Source of the DNA: Phoronis australis
Lineage: Eukaryota > Animalia > Phoronida
Reading direction: 5' to 3'
Assembly (NCBI GenBank): GCA_002633005.1
Contig: NMRA01000519.1
Location: forward strand, 26,646-90,645
DNA length: 64,000 bases
Part shown: positions 26,001 to 40,086 of the stretch, one piece after another
How the letters are laid out: every line of letters starts with the position of its first letter
Numbering within the stretch: position 1 is the stretch's first letter
The notes under the pieces: generated by a model
What the model saw: only the letters and a program-made list of their open reading frames with translations
Told to the model about the DNA's origin: nothing
The model's database searches: none
Position numbers and translations under genes: made by a program

Positions 26001-27760
26001 CATGTTATTCATAGGAACACCGACGTTTGTCCACTGGAGAGAGGTTAGCCGAAGAAATTTTGAAATCACGTGTTTCAAAGATTACTTGGGGTCATGTATT
26101 CCCTTGTGCACTACCAGTTCGCATTATTGTTGCTGGCTCCATTTTGTGGGGGTTAGACATTTGCGGAATATCTGCAACGGATCGTGGAACACTGGTTTTC
26201 CAAAAGATTGGAACAAAGCAATGGGGCCAGATAATATACTCTTCATGACAGAGAAAATGTATATGAACATCACAAATTGAATAGTTCCGACAAACGCAGT
26301 TCGGCCTCGCCCACCAAATTCGTATTAGTCGGCAAGGTTGGACAATTGACCACCTCAATCGAGTAAAAGGGGAAACCATAAAAGTCAGACAGAGGACATT
26401 TCAATGAAAAAAATGATAACGTATAGTAGAAGGCAATGATTGGCAGTGATCGGGTCGCGGTAAAAATGGGTAGCGACAGGGAGACGAAATTACAACGGTG
26501 GATGAGGGAAATCGTAGAGAGCCGGATGATGAAGTTTGGAGCAACCGAAAGATTAGTGTAAGGCTATGTCACATTATGACGCTCAACGTCAAGTCAAATT
26601 ACGTGCACGCCTCTGATCATTCCTTTGCGGAGAACTGCGAGTAACTAAGTACCAGTGTGTCGTAAATTGTAAGTAGTTTACCCCCATGGAAAGAGATTTA
26701 ATTCAAATCGCTCTGGGGAAAATACCTGCTACGCCAACAGTACATGTAAATCTACGTCATTAAACAATCAGCCGAACTTGATCCAGATATCTAAAATCTA
26801 CACAAGACTCAACACCTAGTGTAAGATTCGGGACTAGTCAGATAGAGGTTGGACTTCGAGTCAGGCTGTGGACGAACAACACGAAAACTACTTGGAGTTC
26901 TGTTACGAACTGCTCTAACAGTTTAGGATGCAAAGGACGTGGCTGATGAAGGTAAGTAGACGAAGGAATGTTAATAACAGTGCATCGGTTTCTATGAGGT
27001 TAATTTCACTGGTCACAAGCTCACGATTAGCGCATCCCTAGTCTCTTGCTTGAGAACAAAGAGTCATGAACTGATAGAAGTTATCATATGGTGCTGTCTC
27101 CCATTTCCCACAGTTTTATTTAGTCATCGTAAAGTTTGTTGATATCATTTTACTGCTTTGGTATGGTGAATAGGTATCCGTCCTCTATATACAACCTGTT
27201 TTGGTTTTTGACTGAAAAACAAATTAGACATTGACGTAAACCTGATATACAAACAGAGTTTTCTTTTGACGTTTTAAGGTCATATTTTGTAAGCAACGGA
27301 AAAAAGTCCATTGACAGTTTTAAAAACAAGCTAACGCAAGCTAGTAAATTAGCGAAGGCGCTCATTTTAACCTGAATGAGGAAGGTCCTATGACGTTAAC
27401 CGAATCCAGAGAACTACGCTCATGACGCAATAATTCTGTTCTGCGCAAATGATAAAAATAATTAATACATATTGGAAACTGAAGGTTTAACAATACCAGA
27501 TTTATCAAGCACCTGCGATGACCAAAACAGCCTCCAACCGTGAATATTTCAAGAACGTACTATGATATGTATTATTAAAACTGTGAACATTTTAATTCGT
27601 AGCAAACGCCACCTTGTGAAGAATAACCAGATACAATTTGTAAATTTAACGCGGTTTTAAAGAAACCAGCACTACAAGAGAGGGAGGGAGGGAGTGAGGG
27701 AGAGAGGGTGATAGAGAGAGAGAGAGAGAGGGAGNNNNNNNNNNNNNNNNNNNAGGGAGG

Positions 27761-27810
<50 letters not shown>

Positions 27811-30800
27811 GCTGTCTGGGTATTTCGTCTTCAATTTCTGAGAGGTTGCAAATTTCATAAAGCCTTTCTTCCTTTGGAATGTCATGGTGCCTACCAGTTT
27901 CTATTTTCAATTGATGTCCAGAGCACCTGAATCTGGCTAGTATTCTACGTAGAGTAAGCGGTAGACAGTAAAGAAATGATAAAAACTGTACCTTATTTTA
28001 TTAGGATAACGATGGCACACTACCCTACCCATGTACATGAACTACTCTCGCAAAACGAGACTTTCGCTAGATTGTAATGGTAACTAGTTCTCGGTTGGTC
28101 TCCGGCACACCGGGAGACTTGGGTTTGTTTGTAAACTAGTACTTTTTGCAAATTCAAAATTTTATGAGAAATAGCATCTTTAACGCCCTACAACTAGGCA
28201 CTCTGATTGACTTTCTGAATGTCAAACTTTCTAAAACTTGAACTTTGACTTTTCACCGATTTCCCATTATTTTGGTCACATGACCGTGTGATGTTAGTAA
28301 ATTATAAAAGACACATCGAAACCATGGTAACGTCAGTATCATTATCATGATCAAGTCTTATTTGCTATAAATGTTCAACAGTTGATCCCAAAAAACGGCG
28401 TTACAGTTATCGTTGCAAAGAACCTATTAGTGAGGTTGTTTTCATCAAAATCGTGTTAGTCCAACATTTTAAATCTCCTCGTTCAATAGTGTAAATTTTT
28501 GATACGAAATTTGAAGAACCATGGCCATAAGTGTGTACCTTGTCATGTTGGGCAGTATGAAGGTTTTTGTTCGTTTCAGGTCTTAGTTGCAACCATGAGG
28601 CATTTTAGCTGGACTGTAATCACAATAAGGTTGAGAATGTTTTGGAAATTGCAAAACAAGCCCACCATTTTACTTTTTAGTATGTACGTCCTTATCAAAA
28701 ACTAAAGGGAGACTACAATGTTTTCGTCCTTGTTGATATACATGTACATGTGGTCATTAAATTTAATGTAACTTCATTTGTACCCACATTTATTGTTTCG
28801 AAATGGAGGTTATTTGCGGGGTGCTGCATGATAAATTTGCATGATGTAGGATCTTAATGGCCACCATTATTTAAAATTTTGTAGTTTAAAATTCAGATTG
28901 TGCTCTTGACAACGCTTTTCTGCGCGCAACATGCAGATTTTTTATATCAGCACACATTTTTGGACAGTGAATTAAAGGAAATGGGGATGTAGATAGTTAC
29001 ACCATCAGATCCCATAGTTTATGTAATGAGACCACGGACAGTAGTTTGGATCATCATCCTGGTTAGACAACTATGGATGGTTTGATGAAGTCGAGAGATT
29101 GCGCGACTACTCCATCTTACAAACACTCTGAAATTATTGTCACTAAATTGTGCTACTAGTACGAAGATTAGTCCTACTTTTTGTGATCCTTCACCGGACA
29201 TCACGTGCATAGCTTCATATTCACCCCTGATTTGCTTTGCAGAATCAAGCTTAACTTACTTTAAAGTTTTGTTATTTCCAAATCCACCATTGGTGACCAA
29301 TTGAAGCACATACTGACATATTCTAATAACAACATTGGTTTGCGAAAAATTTATCCTCTAAAGACCTACAGACCGGCAGGTATGGGCCCTTCGTTCATTT
29401 TTGTTGGCATACTTTTGCTCAGTGTGTCGTTGCTATACAGTGTTAGTAGGCTGCTGTATATGAGTCCCAATTCGCATAACACAGTCGTAACTACAGATAC
29501 AGCAGAATATATAATGTTGATCTCAGAAGCATATTTTCGTATCTTAATTTGAAAACCTTAGTTAAGCACATCGTGGCTAGGAAATGCATAGTGACAAATG
29601 TAACTTATCTCTCCAACTTCGCTGCGTTGGAGTTACTTTTGCCGAATTAACTGAGCTGCAGATCAATAATCGTCTTTTGTATCTCGCAAAATTTCGTGTT
29701 TACAAAAAAGATTGGCAAAGAGAGCAGCATTTCCTAAAACGGTTTTAAAGGGAATTTCACGTCTACAGTATAATTGAAGTATATTCATTATTTACAAAGC
29801 GGTGTTTCGAGACACATACATGTACATGTACCTCATCTTCAGGCTACTATTTACAACTAGTTCACAGTGAAATGGCTTTGTAAATTATATCACCTACTGA
29901 TGTCCATTGGATGTTTATTGCACTGTTGTGATGTTATTGCAAGATTTCTATTTAGAGAGTTTGGGGGGACTGAAATTAAATTCGTAAAAACAGAACAAAG
30001 TCATGTCTTCAATGAAATATGCATACGAGAAAGATTACTGCCAAATTATAGTGATATACATATATCTGTATATGTATATGCGTGTATATGTATTTGTAAA
30101 TGTATATACATATATATACATGTAAATATCTTGCAATAATTGACAAAATGATGACTCCAATAATATCTTGGTTTTCTTAGTTATATTCATCCCTTTTTGT
30201 TTTCCATGGGATGTGTGACTCTGTGTGTATGTGTGTGCAGACTTTAACTTACATAACCTATATAAAATCAAGATTTATCCACCATACAAACTAGCTTCAT
30301 AAAATTCCGTGACTTTGGAACATAGATAAAATATCAAGTAATCTACTTATTATTCTTTGGTAAGGAAGTTATACAGAAAATAATATGTTCACATAATGAG
30401 AGTCTAATGCAAGTTGCAGATTTATTAAGCTTTTAAAATCCAAGAAGCGCACTCGCTAACCCTTATTACATGGTTAGAGGATGTTATAAGCATCCAAGTA
30501 GTACCTACCCGATACACAATCCGTAATTGAATAAAATTTAAATAAAAGCGCCCCTCACGATTTTGACCCGAAGAACACACCGCCATTTTGAACATACCGC
30601 GAACCCTGAAGTACAGTTCATACATGAACCTATGTGCGACTAGAGCAGTGTCTGTTACCAGTCTGCAAACGGGAATAAAATAATCAACAGCGCGCCTTTA
30701 CGTCAGTAAAATCGAAATACGGATAATTGTATCGAAATTACTGACGAAATGCGGCGAATAAATCATGAAAGAAATTGTTTTGCCGGAATTGAGCTGCAGC

Positions 30801-33800
30801 CGATCGGTCCCGGTGTGGACCGAGACTAGACACTGGCGAACGGTAAAGGCTTGCGGTTGCAGGCTGTTTTGTTGAAGTAAAAAAATCAAATCATACATGC
30901 CGTATACGTATAAAGGTAGTTTCAGACATTTGCAAGGGCTGGTTAGTCCTTTGTCACACTGCCGCGGCAGCGCTTAGTTTAGCTAGCCTAAAAAATTGCA
31001 ATAACTTTGCTCTTAGTAGGATGCATTATCTGTCCGACGATAGCAAAGTTCTTTTTCAAAACAAATAAAAGTTCAAAAGCGTAAAAAATTTGGTTCAACT
31101 GGTATTGGTTCTTAGGTTCGACCTCCCAACATAACAAGAACTAAACACCGATGGTATTTTAACATGATTAACAAAAGTACGCGTAACGTTCCAAAAAACA
31201 TTCAACGACCACGAGTGAATCACGAGATATTACTACTAAAACAAAATAATGAAGACTTTTCGAGCAAGCGATAGCACATTCAGTTAAGGCCCTGTCACAC
31301 CTTGACGATTTAGCCAGCGTATGCCGACATATCAGAATTTCCCTAAAACGCTGGCATACGCTGAATTATCGAATTATTTTTCAATTTTGGGCGTATACAT
31401 AGCGTATTCATAACGAGTTGGACGTATACATAACGTATCAGTAAATTATATAGAACGTTTCGATAACTTATAGATAACTTATTCCAACGAATGCCTAGCG
31501 TGTTGCCGGCGTACACAACTTAGGTCCAACGATAGTCTAACTTATGCATAGCGTGCAGCAGCGTATTGCCGACGATCGCGTGTCGTAGTCTATAAAAAGG
31601 CTAAGGAGAAAAGCTAGTAGGTATTCTCGTCTCAGCCTTGCCGGATCCTCCATCTCTCGGATGATATGAACATCCGCTCACCATGAAATCTAGAGGAGTA
31701 CTGACGGGTTCCTCCTGTGAACCCCATTTTTATATCCCAATTCCCTAAACACTACCAATACGCCATTATACGGCAGCTGTACGTTAGAAACACGTTCAGT
31801 AAGTTCTGTGGTCGTCCGGAACATGTTAAATACGTCTACATACGTCAATATGCGTAGGAGATAAGTTCGATATAAGTTATACATACGTTCAAAGCACGTT
31901 ACTCATAAGTTTTGGGTACGCTAGACATTATCTCGACGTATTTGGACTTATGAGTAATCTACACTTAACGTGTTTGAACGTGTGTCAACGATCGCATAAC
32001 TTACCTATTACTTATGGCCTGCGTATACGGGACGTATAGCCATACGCTGAAATATGTTGAGAAATTTTGAGCATGCACAAAATTTTTCGACGACCTCGAC
32101 GTACTTCGACGTATACCAACGTGCTTCAGCGTGCTGTTAACGTATACAAAACTTACCCATAACTTATTCGACGTACGCCAGCGTATTTGCCAAATTTTTC
32201 ATACGTCGGCATACGCTGGCTAAATCGTCAAGGTGTGACAGGGCCTTTACAAGGAAAAAATGGCGGGGCTCAGGACAAGTTCCTGAACTGACGAGCCGGA
32301 AATGTGGGTACGGAAATAACCGATGACAGCCGGTAATTGCCTGCTCACCGAGAAGGGTCAAATCCAGGTAAACAAACGCCTGTTGCACAAAAGGCGAAAA
32401 GAATATAACGAAAGGGTATCGAAAATAAGATTTTATATGTTAAGTATTTGTGGATACTGGAGCCACACTGGCATTTTAAGATAAGTACTTTAAGACTGTG
32501 ATGATAACAACCGAGCCCAAATGTTTCTGGGGTGTCAACCTTAACATGAAACATTTCTGCCAAGAACTTCTAGTTTCCTATGTGAACGTTATGCGCAGCA
32601 TTTTAACTATCAGCAGGACTTTGGGAGTTCCTAACAGTACCTGCAAAACTCAAGACAGAGCCGCCGCTGTCCTTTTATTGATACAGATAGATAACGACGA
32701 TGGTAACCTTTCAGACTGACAATAACTCGAAGCAGTCCCCTAGGACCATATGAACATGGCTAGCATGCTTTTTTGTTAATAAGTACTGTTGTTTCCGTTT
32801 CCAAACCAACAAGTTGGTCGGAACCCCTCGAAACTTTTGACACCCACGTCATACAGAATGTATCTTGGTATTTTACTTTAACAAAAACTAATGAACGTGC
32901 AATACAGTAAGGAACTATGTTAGTGCGACTTCACTTTTGAATAGGCGAGTATATACTAGCTCCTACTGTAGTCTCTATACAATACCCTATCTACAGGAGT
33001 GTAAAGCATCAGGAGACATCAGGGGCAAACAAGTTAAAATGGTTGCTATATTTCCAGTCTACATGTCTCATCATCAGGCAATAAATGGAATAAACGTTAG
33101 CGCGAATAATAAACTGAAGTAAACAGTGACAGCAGGTAGAAAGGCATGCAAGCATAGCGTTTGAACGTGTCACAGACTCTCTGGTTAAATGACGTGACAA
33201 GGTTTCACCACTTATATCACTGTTTATTTCGCATCTACTTTCGTTTAGCCTTTTCCCTGATGATGAGATAGGACGACTCTAAACACTAACGAGCCAAATC
33301 CAGAACATCCCAGCGTACATAATGATAGACACTTATCTTGAATTTGCACAAAAGTACTCTAGAACGTGAAATGTAAAACATAATTTCGAATTTAAGTTAA
33401 GATTAGACGAAAGGTGCAGGTCAAGAATCTCAACAGAAATTCTTACTCGTAGTTTTCGTGTTAGAAAAACCTGTCTGGGATAACATACACATTTGAATTA
33501 TTTGATGAAAATACAACTTTTGTTGAATTAAAATCTACGAGCCCAGTTGACACTGTTTCTAAATTGCTAAATGATATCGGTGACTTTGCAAAGGTGTCCC
33601 TGACTTTCCAACTTGACATTTGATAAGTTGTTTATAGTACATATGTTATATTGTAAACGGGCGGCGCGCTGAGTGTTTTTTAAACACTTTATAGCTAGAT
33701 ATGGCGACCTCAAAATGTTAATTATATTTACCTGGTGGTCAGTTAGATTTTTCAAGGTATAACTAACAACACTGAAGCCCATGTTGACCAAATCGGACGA

Positions 33801-36800
33801 GGCTACCTCAAAAACGGCCTTGGAGAACTTCTTTCGATCGAGATAGATTTCCTGGAAGGGACAACCAATATAACAGTTGTACATGTATGTACCCTGCAAT
33901 CTCATACCAACACTACACACACATAATGCATAGGGGAATCTGAACTTGATTCCTACTACAGACTGTTACCTGATGAGTAAGTAAGTAAAAACTTATGGTT
34001 CCCAGCCCCCGGAACGAGTCACGATAATCATCGATTGGCATTTTTAGACCGGTATCTTAGTTTAATTAAAGTCTAAAGCCTAAATCATGGCGTTGCACAC
34101 GTTTCCAGTCAAAACCGTTTGTCGAGATTTCGCTGCGAAACAAAGATTATGTTCGAGATCTTATTCTCAGAGCATTCACTAGGTGGCGTAAGTTGGAATT
34201 TTGAAATTCATTATATTCAAGGTTTTAACGTCAGGCGAGATAAGACCTAACGTAAAGATAATATTAAACAAAGCAAACATGCATTCAAAAACAAACTTAC
34301 CCCCCCCCGACCCCCCGTCTACTAACCTCCACCGTCATGTTTCCCATAATGGCCCTCTGGTGGCCCTCCATCGTCTCCATGGCGATCTGACAGATTTCTT
34401 CTTCACTTTTTCCCAAAAACAACTGACATGCCGATTCCAACATTTCTCTGTTTTGCCCCTGGATTTTCACCTGCACGACATTGACTTCAGACAAATACTG
34501 TACGACAAAATTTTAGTTGAAGGCATCACTACGCTTTATCACACAAAAGCCGATAGGTCATGACTTTGCCGTTGCCTGATGGTGTCTTCAAGAAATATTC
34601 ATTGTCTAAGAGATTGATATACGGATGTAGAAAATAGGAGAATAGAAACCCATTTCAAATTTACACCGATGAATTGGACGCAATTTTTAACTCTGTCACG
34701 TTCATTTAGCCAATTTCTTAAATTAAAGTTATGCTTAATATAGTGACAATTATAAAATTTTACAACAAAAGTTTTGAAAAGGAAGTCTACTAAAATTACC
34801 TTCAACACTAAAAAGTACAAAGCAGTGGTGGATCTAGGATACGCTACCGGTCCTGGTTACTGAACACGATACTCAATATTTCCTCGCGCTGTTGCCCTTT
34901 TGTTTTATGTTGGAGGTGGCACACCCCAAATCCGCCTATGCAAAGCAAGTTTTGTTAGCACACACAAAACTTCCTACTGGGCATGGTCAGAGTGACGAAT
35001 TAGCGAAAAATGAGAGGCCTCCTGGGTTGAACAACTTCGTTGGTAAAACGCTTCTTGGACATGCCTGCGCAGTTCCAGTTCAAAAGAGGTCACGACTGTT
35101 TCTGATGTCACGTTACGTAAGACTGCTATTTACATTGGTTGTGCATTTCCCGTCTATTTGTTGTCCTCCCTGCTTAGATTTACTGCTGATATAACAACAA
35201 ACAAGGAGGTGACCGACCCTGTAGAACACGCGGATTTTCAGTTGGTTCTGCTTTCACTTCCACTGATCTAACACAATGTCTTACTAGCTACTGAACACCG
35301 TCTTTAAGTTTCTCGGTTATTGTCGCTCTGTGTTCACAAATGATGTACATGTAAACACACGTGTCGGTGCGGGCCGTTTCACTTTACTCTCTGCTATTGG
35401 TAGTGGATGCAAGACAAAGTAACAGGGATTATTTAGCGGGAAAATATCTGTCCAAGAGTACCAAGAATAGGCAGGATAAGATTATGGATTCACTGTGTCA
35501 CATGTATATATTTGACGCCATGTTATTTAAATGAGTCACAAACACAAACGTTTGTACAATGTTAATCAATTTTCATCATCCTTTGGAGCAACAGTATCAA
35601 ATCACGACGGTAATTGTTAACTTTGTAACTCATCGAACTACCTAACCAATCGAAATCATCAACTGTCACTTCGTTGCTTCAGCACTGAGGATCACGAATG
35701 ACCATCGCTTGACAGGGCCTCTCCTAGCTAATTTGAGAAACTATAAGAGTCAGAGCATTTTGATGCCCTTTCGCCAACTTCTTGAATTCCCTGAGCAGGT
35801 TGTTTTCTGCATGAAATAAATAAGTAATTTCCACAAAACTGTAAATCTAGCGAAGTGAAATGATGCCAATTAAAATGGGCTTGTACAAGATAGAGTTGAT
35901 GTTGCAATTACCTGCGCCACGCCAGTGATAGAGACAGGGACCCCCTTCTCTGTGTAGACATCTGTACTTTCCACAATCAAAGTCATGGTTTTCAAAGACA
36001 GTTTGTCGAGCTGCATGCAACAGGGAACCACGAAGACCCTCCCTCCCGGTACCAGCAGGGGTTTTGTGTAACAACAACCTGAGTCAAGATAGTGTGGAGG
36101 TATTAAACATTCTGCTTCTCATCTTACAACCCTTTGAATCATTGCATTATCTGCGATAAAAATCACCGTTATTAATCAAATACAATGTAGAATACATACA
36201 AGCGTGGATCCAAAGACTACAGCCGGTGCAAGGAGTCAGAGGACTGGACGCCATCTTGGCACGCCATTTGCTAACAATCATTTAACGTCTCAACTCGCTT
36301 ATCAATGTTCTTTTGTCACCCGGGTTCGAAAAGAAGAACTTGCTTGTTATGCATCGTTTTGCATGTGTGATTGAAAGTTTACACGAAGGTAACCAGCTGC
36401 ATGGCTGCTGGCGAGAACAAAGCTCAAGCGCATGCTCATTGGCATAACGTATGTGGGCGAACCACCAGTACGGCTGATCAAATGATACATGCACGTTTAA
36501 AGAGTATCCATTAAAATCCCTACTCTTGAAATACCTGTACGTTAAAGTTGCACTTGCATGACCTGCTGACCAGTATCTGGCTCAAGACAACGACAAACAT
36601 TGAATTAATACTTTTTGCCCTCATAAGAACTGGGTCTTGTAAAAGTTTAAGGCTACTGGATTTCCGTTGTCGAATCGAACGTTGGAAACCATCGGCGACC
36701 CGAGAAAACTTATTAAAGATTATGGGGATGGAAAACCGTAGAATTGAGAATTTTAAATCGCGCTTGTATGCATGGCCTTTGTTTCGAGTTCCCAGCTCAG

Positions 36801-39800
36801 ACCGGTTTAGCGGGGTATTGCACACAAGCATCTCGTCATTGACAATAAAAATTGTGATTGCGAAAACCGAATGGAAAGGTGGCCGATTTGCAGGGGTCAA
36901 GGCGAAACCTTGGCAACTAGCATAGGCATAGGGACCGAGATGGGATTGTCGAGATAATAAAGAAAGAGCGACACAGTTCATTATTGGTGATGGTTTGCTA
37001 TTTTCGGGGAAGAATCGGGCTCTTTTTGTTAGGAGGCCCCAGTTTTTGCGTCTTATATACTATCAATGTTTTATTTTTAAGCGAACCATCTTATGAAAAA
37101 CACTGCCACTCGGTGTCCGGTTTCACATACTTGCCGAATGACCTATTTTATTGAATTCGTAACATTATGGTCGGTAAACACACAATTGACGCACAGAAGT
37201 TTTCGATTTTCTCGTCGGTCATTGAAATCAAGTCCTTTCGCGGTAAGGAACATTTTGAGAGACATTTCAAAAGAGTAAAATTCTTATCGAATTTTATGTT
37301 GGTTTTAAACCGACTTTTGCTCTTCAATCGTCTAGTTTTTGAGCGAACTTATTGGTCAGTACTTGAACATTCACCCGATAAACTTCATATAACAAATCAT
37401 TTCACCATGCCAAAATTAACCCTTTCGGTCAAAAATGCATCAAGAGCTTTGATAATTCACTTTTAGCTCATCCCGGCCCAGTGTTGACATTAAACATTCT
37501 GTCGGGTATTTTTCTGTCAGCAGTTTGTGCCAAACTAAACCTAAGTGTGTGAGGTGAAATTCATCTTACAATTTGCAGCCTACAATGTTGCAGTTCTTTG
37601 GGAAGCATGAGCCTGCTTGCCACCACACCAGCTTTTAAGGTGTCTACTAAACCGGTCCCGGCCACTTTTCCGCCCGGCGAGATTTTGGCAACTCAACAAC
37701 CATGATTTTAATTAGGTTGAAATATAACCACTATATTTTTTAAATTATGCTTGAATTATACATGGTGATATACATGTTAGGTTTTATTCTCTTGCGATAT
37801 TTTCTTTTTCATTCAGTGTCTCGTGAGTCCAGCAGACCGGACTGGCGTGGCACGGCAGCTGATGGTTCACCAAGTAGAAACGTCTGTAATATTTTATGTT
37901 CTATTAACACTAAGGTAAAAGAGAGTGGTTTCAACTTATATAGTGTCTATTTAACGAACTGAACCATGCACTATAAACATGTTGGTGGCCATAACAGCTG
38001 ACAGTATAAACAAAGAATGAAGCACTGAGGTCATTATGTTACAACGGCGATGTGACGTCAGCAGCTGTAGAATGTAGGTCAAGGTGCTGGATCAAGATTC
38101 AGTTCCCACAAGAATGTCACATGACTGTGAGCAGCACTACCTGTTAGTAAAGCATCGTTGCATCCAGCGCCATCTGTTTGTCGTAAAGGTTTTGGATGAG
38201 CGGGTACCTTTTGCGTTGGGCACTCGCCCAGGACCAAATCCAACGAAAAATGGTGGTTGAGTAGAACTTCACTGGATGGATGCCCAATTGACAAACTGGA
38301 ATTTTTAGAGCGGTTGTGCACTTCGTCGTTTTAGAATGTGTTCAAAGAAAAAAATTATGGCTTCACTGTGATTGCTGATGCCCTATTAAGTTTCTGAAAC
38401 ATCATAATTTACGTACACGCACGTGCATAAAACGGCAAAGGTGCGGAAACTAAATTTTGTGTAGCTGTCGTCGTTGCATCTAAGTAACCGGAGTTCCAGC
38501 AAAGTCACTGTGTTGGAGTGGAGCGCTTATCCAAACTAACGTTATTCACGAACCGTCCACTCTGAGGTCACAAGAAACTGTTCTATATGTTAGAATGGCC
38601 TTAATATAAAAAGATTCTTTTATCAGCAAACTAGGTTTATTGTTTTCAACTGAGAAAACTCGAGTGTTAGGGAGGTTAATGACTTGTCTGCAATAATACA
38701 ATGTACTATTCCAATGACCTTCTGTTTAACTTCCATTCGTTCAAAGTGCTATTTGTCAACCAACATAGAATTTGGGCAGTTTTTACATTATTACACGCAA
38801 ATTATTATTTTGTGGAGTTTTAATTAGGAATTTGATTTTGGATACATATACAAGTCTTGTCACAATTGGTCGTATATACATGAGTCTCTAACGTGTTTGA
38901 GCACTTTGTTTAAGGAAAAACTTCCATTTTGTTATCGCGGCATTTTCTGTCTACTCTTGGCGTTCTATATGTAATTGCATATGGAGACAATGAGTTTACA
39001 CAACTGGCAAGTATGCCGAAAGTGGATCTAAGTGATCCCGATCAGGCTTGACCAAAAAAGCGCCACTGGAATCCAGTTTCAAGGGACACGTCAAAATTCT
39101 TCCTACAAGAACTGCAGTTGCCCTCCCCCCGCATTGCACCTAGATCCAGTGCGTGCGTCGCTTAATTGCTGAGGAAAATTTTGCAAATTTGATGACTGGC
39201 GGCCCAGAGCTCTATGTAGTATCACATTCGTTTGAAAGTTGCTTTCTCGAGACAAAACATAATTTTCTACAAATGTCAGAGATTACGAACCCTATGAGAG
39301 CCGATTGTTTCTTACTGGAGCTGGGCCAGCTACAGAGGTTTGCTCCAGGTACACTTCTTATAAAAGTTCACCCAGTTACAGTATTTCAGAGTTGTTCCAG
39401 TACTTTGATAGTTTTTGGGACTGTAGGGTAAAATTGTGGATTACAGCAGTTGGGGCATCAGGTAGTAATTTTCGAAACTTCCGCTAATATAAATGGTACA
39501 CAAAACGGCCATTATTCGTTACACGAATACATCAACAGGTTAAAACTTCAGTAATTTAATGTACGCTGTAATATCGTATATCGGACAGCAAGCGCTAAAA
39601 ATTGATACGCCTAGTGCTAAACTACAGTTCGACAAGCGTTGAAGTTGGGGTGTTTTCAAGCCTGGGATCACAGCGAGAAATGGTGGGAAATCAGTCCAAG
39701 TCGACCTATCGTTTATTTCGTTGCATCTACCTGCTCGTTGGATCTGTTTTGGGACCAAAGTTTGGCCTATCCCATTATTGTTTGTTTAGGCTAGACTGCG

Positions 39801-40086
39801 TCTCACGCTAATCTAAAAAGCTAAATAGCTGCTTTGTACCTACATGTATGGCCGTCAGCTGTGTCTGAAGTCAGACTCATAACTGATGTATTTGGTATCC
39901 TGATTGTCGAATGTAGTCTCAGTTCAAAATAGGCCAAAAAATCAAAATCAAATCAAACTTTCGACCTTAATCTTTGTTCGAGTGCCTGTTTTTGGTTAGG
40001 GACTGCAAAGCTTTGACCACACCAGACTACTTACCGGAAACAACCATCACTTCATCTGGGCCGCAAGTATAAAATCCACCACACAT
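20062..40086 (-). CDS. FLOT1: Flotillin-1 (SPFH/band-7 plus flotillin coiled coil), 11 coding exons, 444 aa
   Basis: Exons spliced by hand, all GT-AG and phase-consistent: 40086-40035 ([17 protein letters not shown]), 36078-35912 ([17 protein letters not shown]...[11 protein letters not shown]), 34470-34327 ([11 protein letters not shown]...[14 protein letters not shown]), 33851-33732 ([10 protein letters not shown]...[10 protein letters not shown]), 24908-24813 ([11 protein letters not shown]...[14 protein letters not shown]), 23402-23250, 22616-22435, 21870-21825, 21447-21310, 20651-20487 (MAAELACPL...TGEVMD...NLSK), 20133-20062 ([23 protein letters not shown]). The TCGPx[16 protein letters not shown]-terminus fits flotillin-1 rather than MG-myristoylated flotillin-2. 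Confidence 0.96.
27677..27808. repeat. (GA)n/(GGGA)n microsatellite with a small N gap
   Basis: Directly visible in the sequence. Confidence 0.95.
27821..27973 (-). mobile_element. LINE (RTEX-like) C-terminal fragment
   Basis: [43 protein letters not shown], the same motif as the end of the 4189-7460 element. Confidence 0.8.
29798..30060 (+). mobile_element. Penelope-like element relic (pseudo-LTR with decayed antisense hammerhead plus ORF N-terminus)
   Basis: [19 protein letters not shown] resembles the N-terminus of Penelope-like ORFs and matches RVFNEVCVNEGLLPNYTDF at about 62870-62930 (-). A CTGAAGA...GAAA motif lies on the minus strand at 29798-29845. Confidence 0.55.
31287..32246. mobile_element. 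PIF/Harbinger-type MITE (960 bp) in FLOT1 intron 4
   Basis: Perfect 42-bp TIR AGGCCCTGTCACACCTTGACGATTTAGCCAGCGTATGCCGAC (imperfect out to about 80 bp); TTA TSD at 31284-31286 and 32247-32249; no transposase ORF. Confidence 0.92.
33040..33290. mobile_element. Inverted pair of Penelope-type pseudo-LTR fragments with hammerhead-like cores
   Basis: CTGATGAtgaga motif on minus (33043-33081) and plus (33257-33285); the left arm is homologous to 63061-63170. Confidence 0.55.
34823..34940. mobile_element. Mini non-autonomous DNA element with 5-bp TSD
   Basis: Termini CAGTGGTGGAT...ATCCGCCTATG, flanked by CAAAG on both sides. Confidence 0.7.

Noticed and set aside
33969-34000. Isolated CTGATGA matches (also near 26943)
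   Set aside because: They lack a GAAA core and paired stems, so they are not hammerheads.
36520-36981. Overlapping 153-aa (-) and 125-aa (+) ORFs in FLOT1 intron 1
   Set aside because: No domain signature; probably chance ORFs within a repeat.
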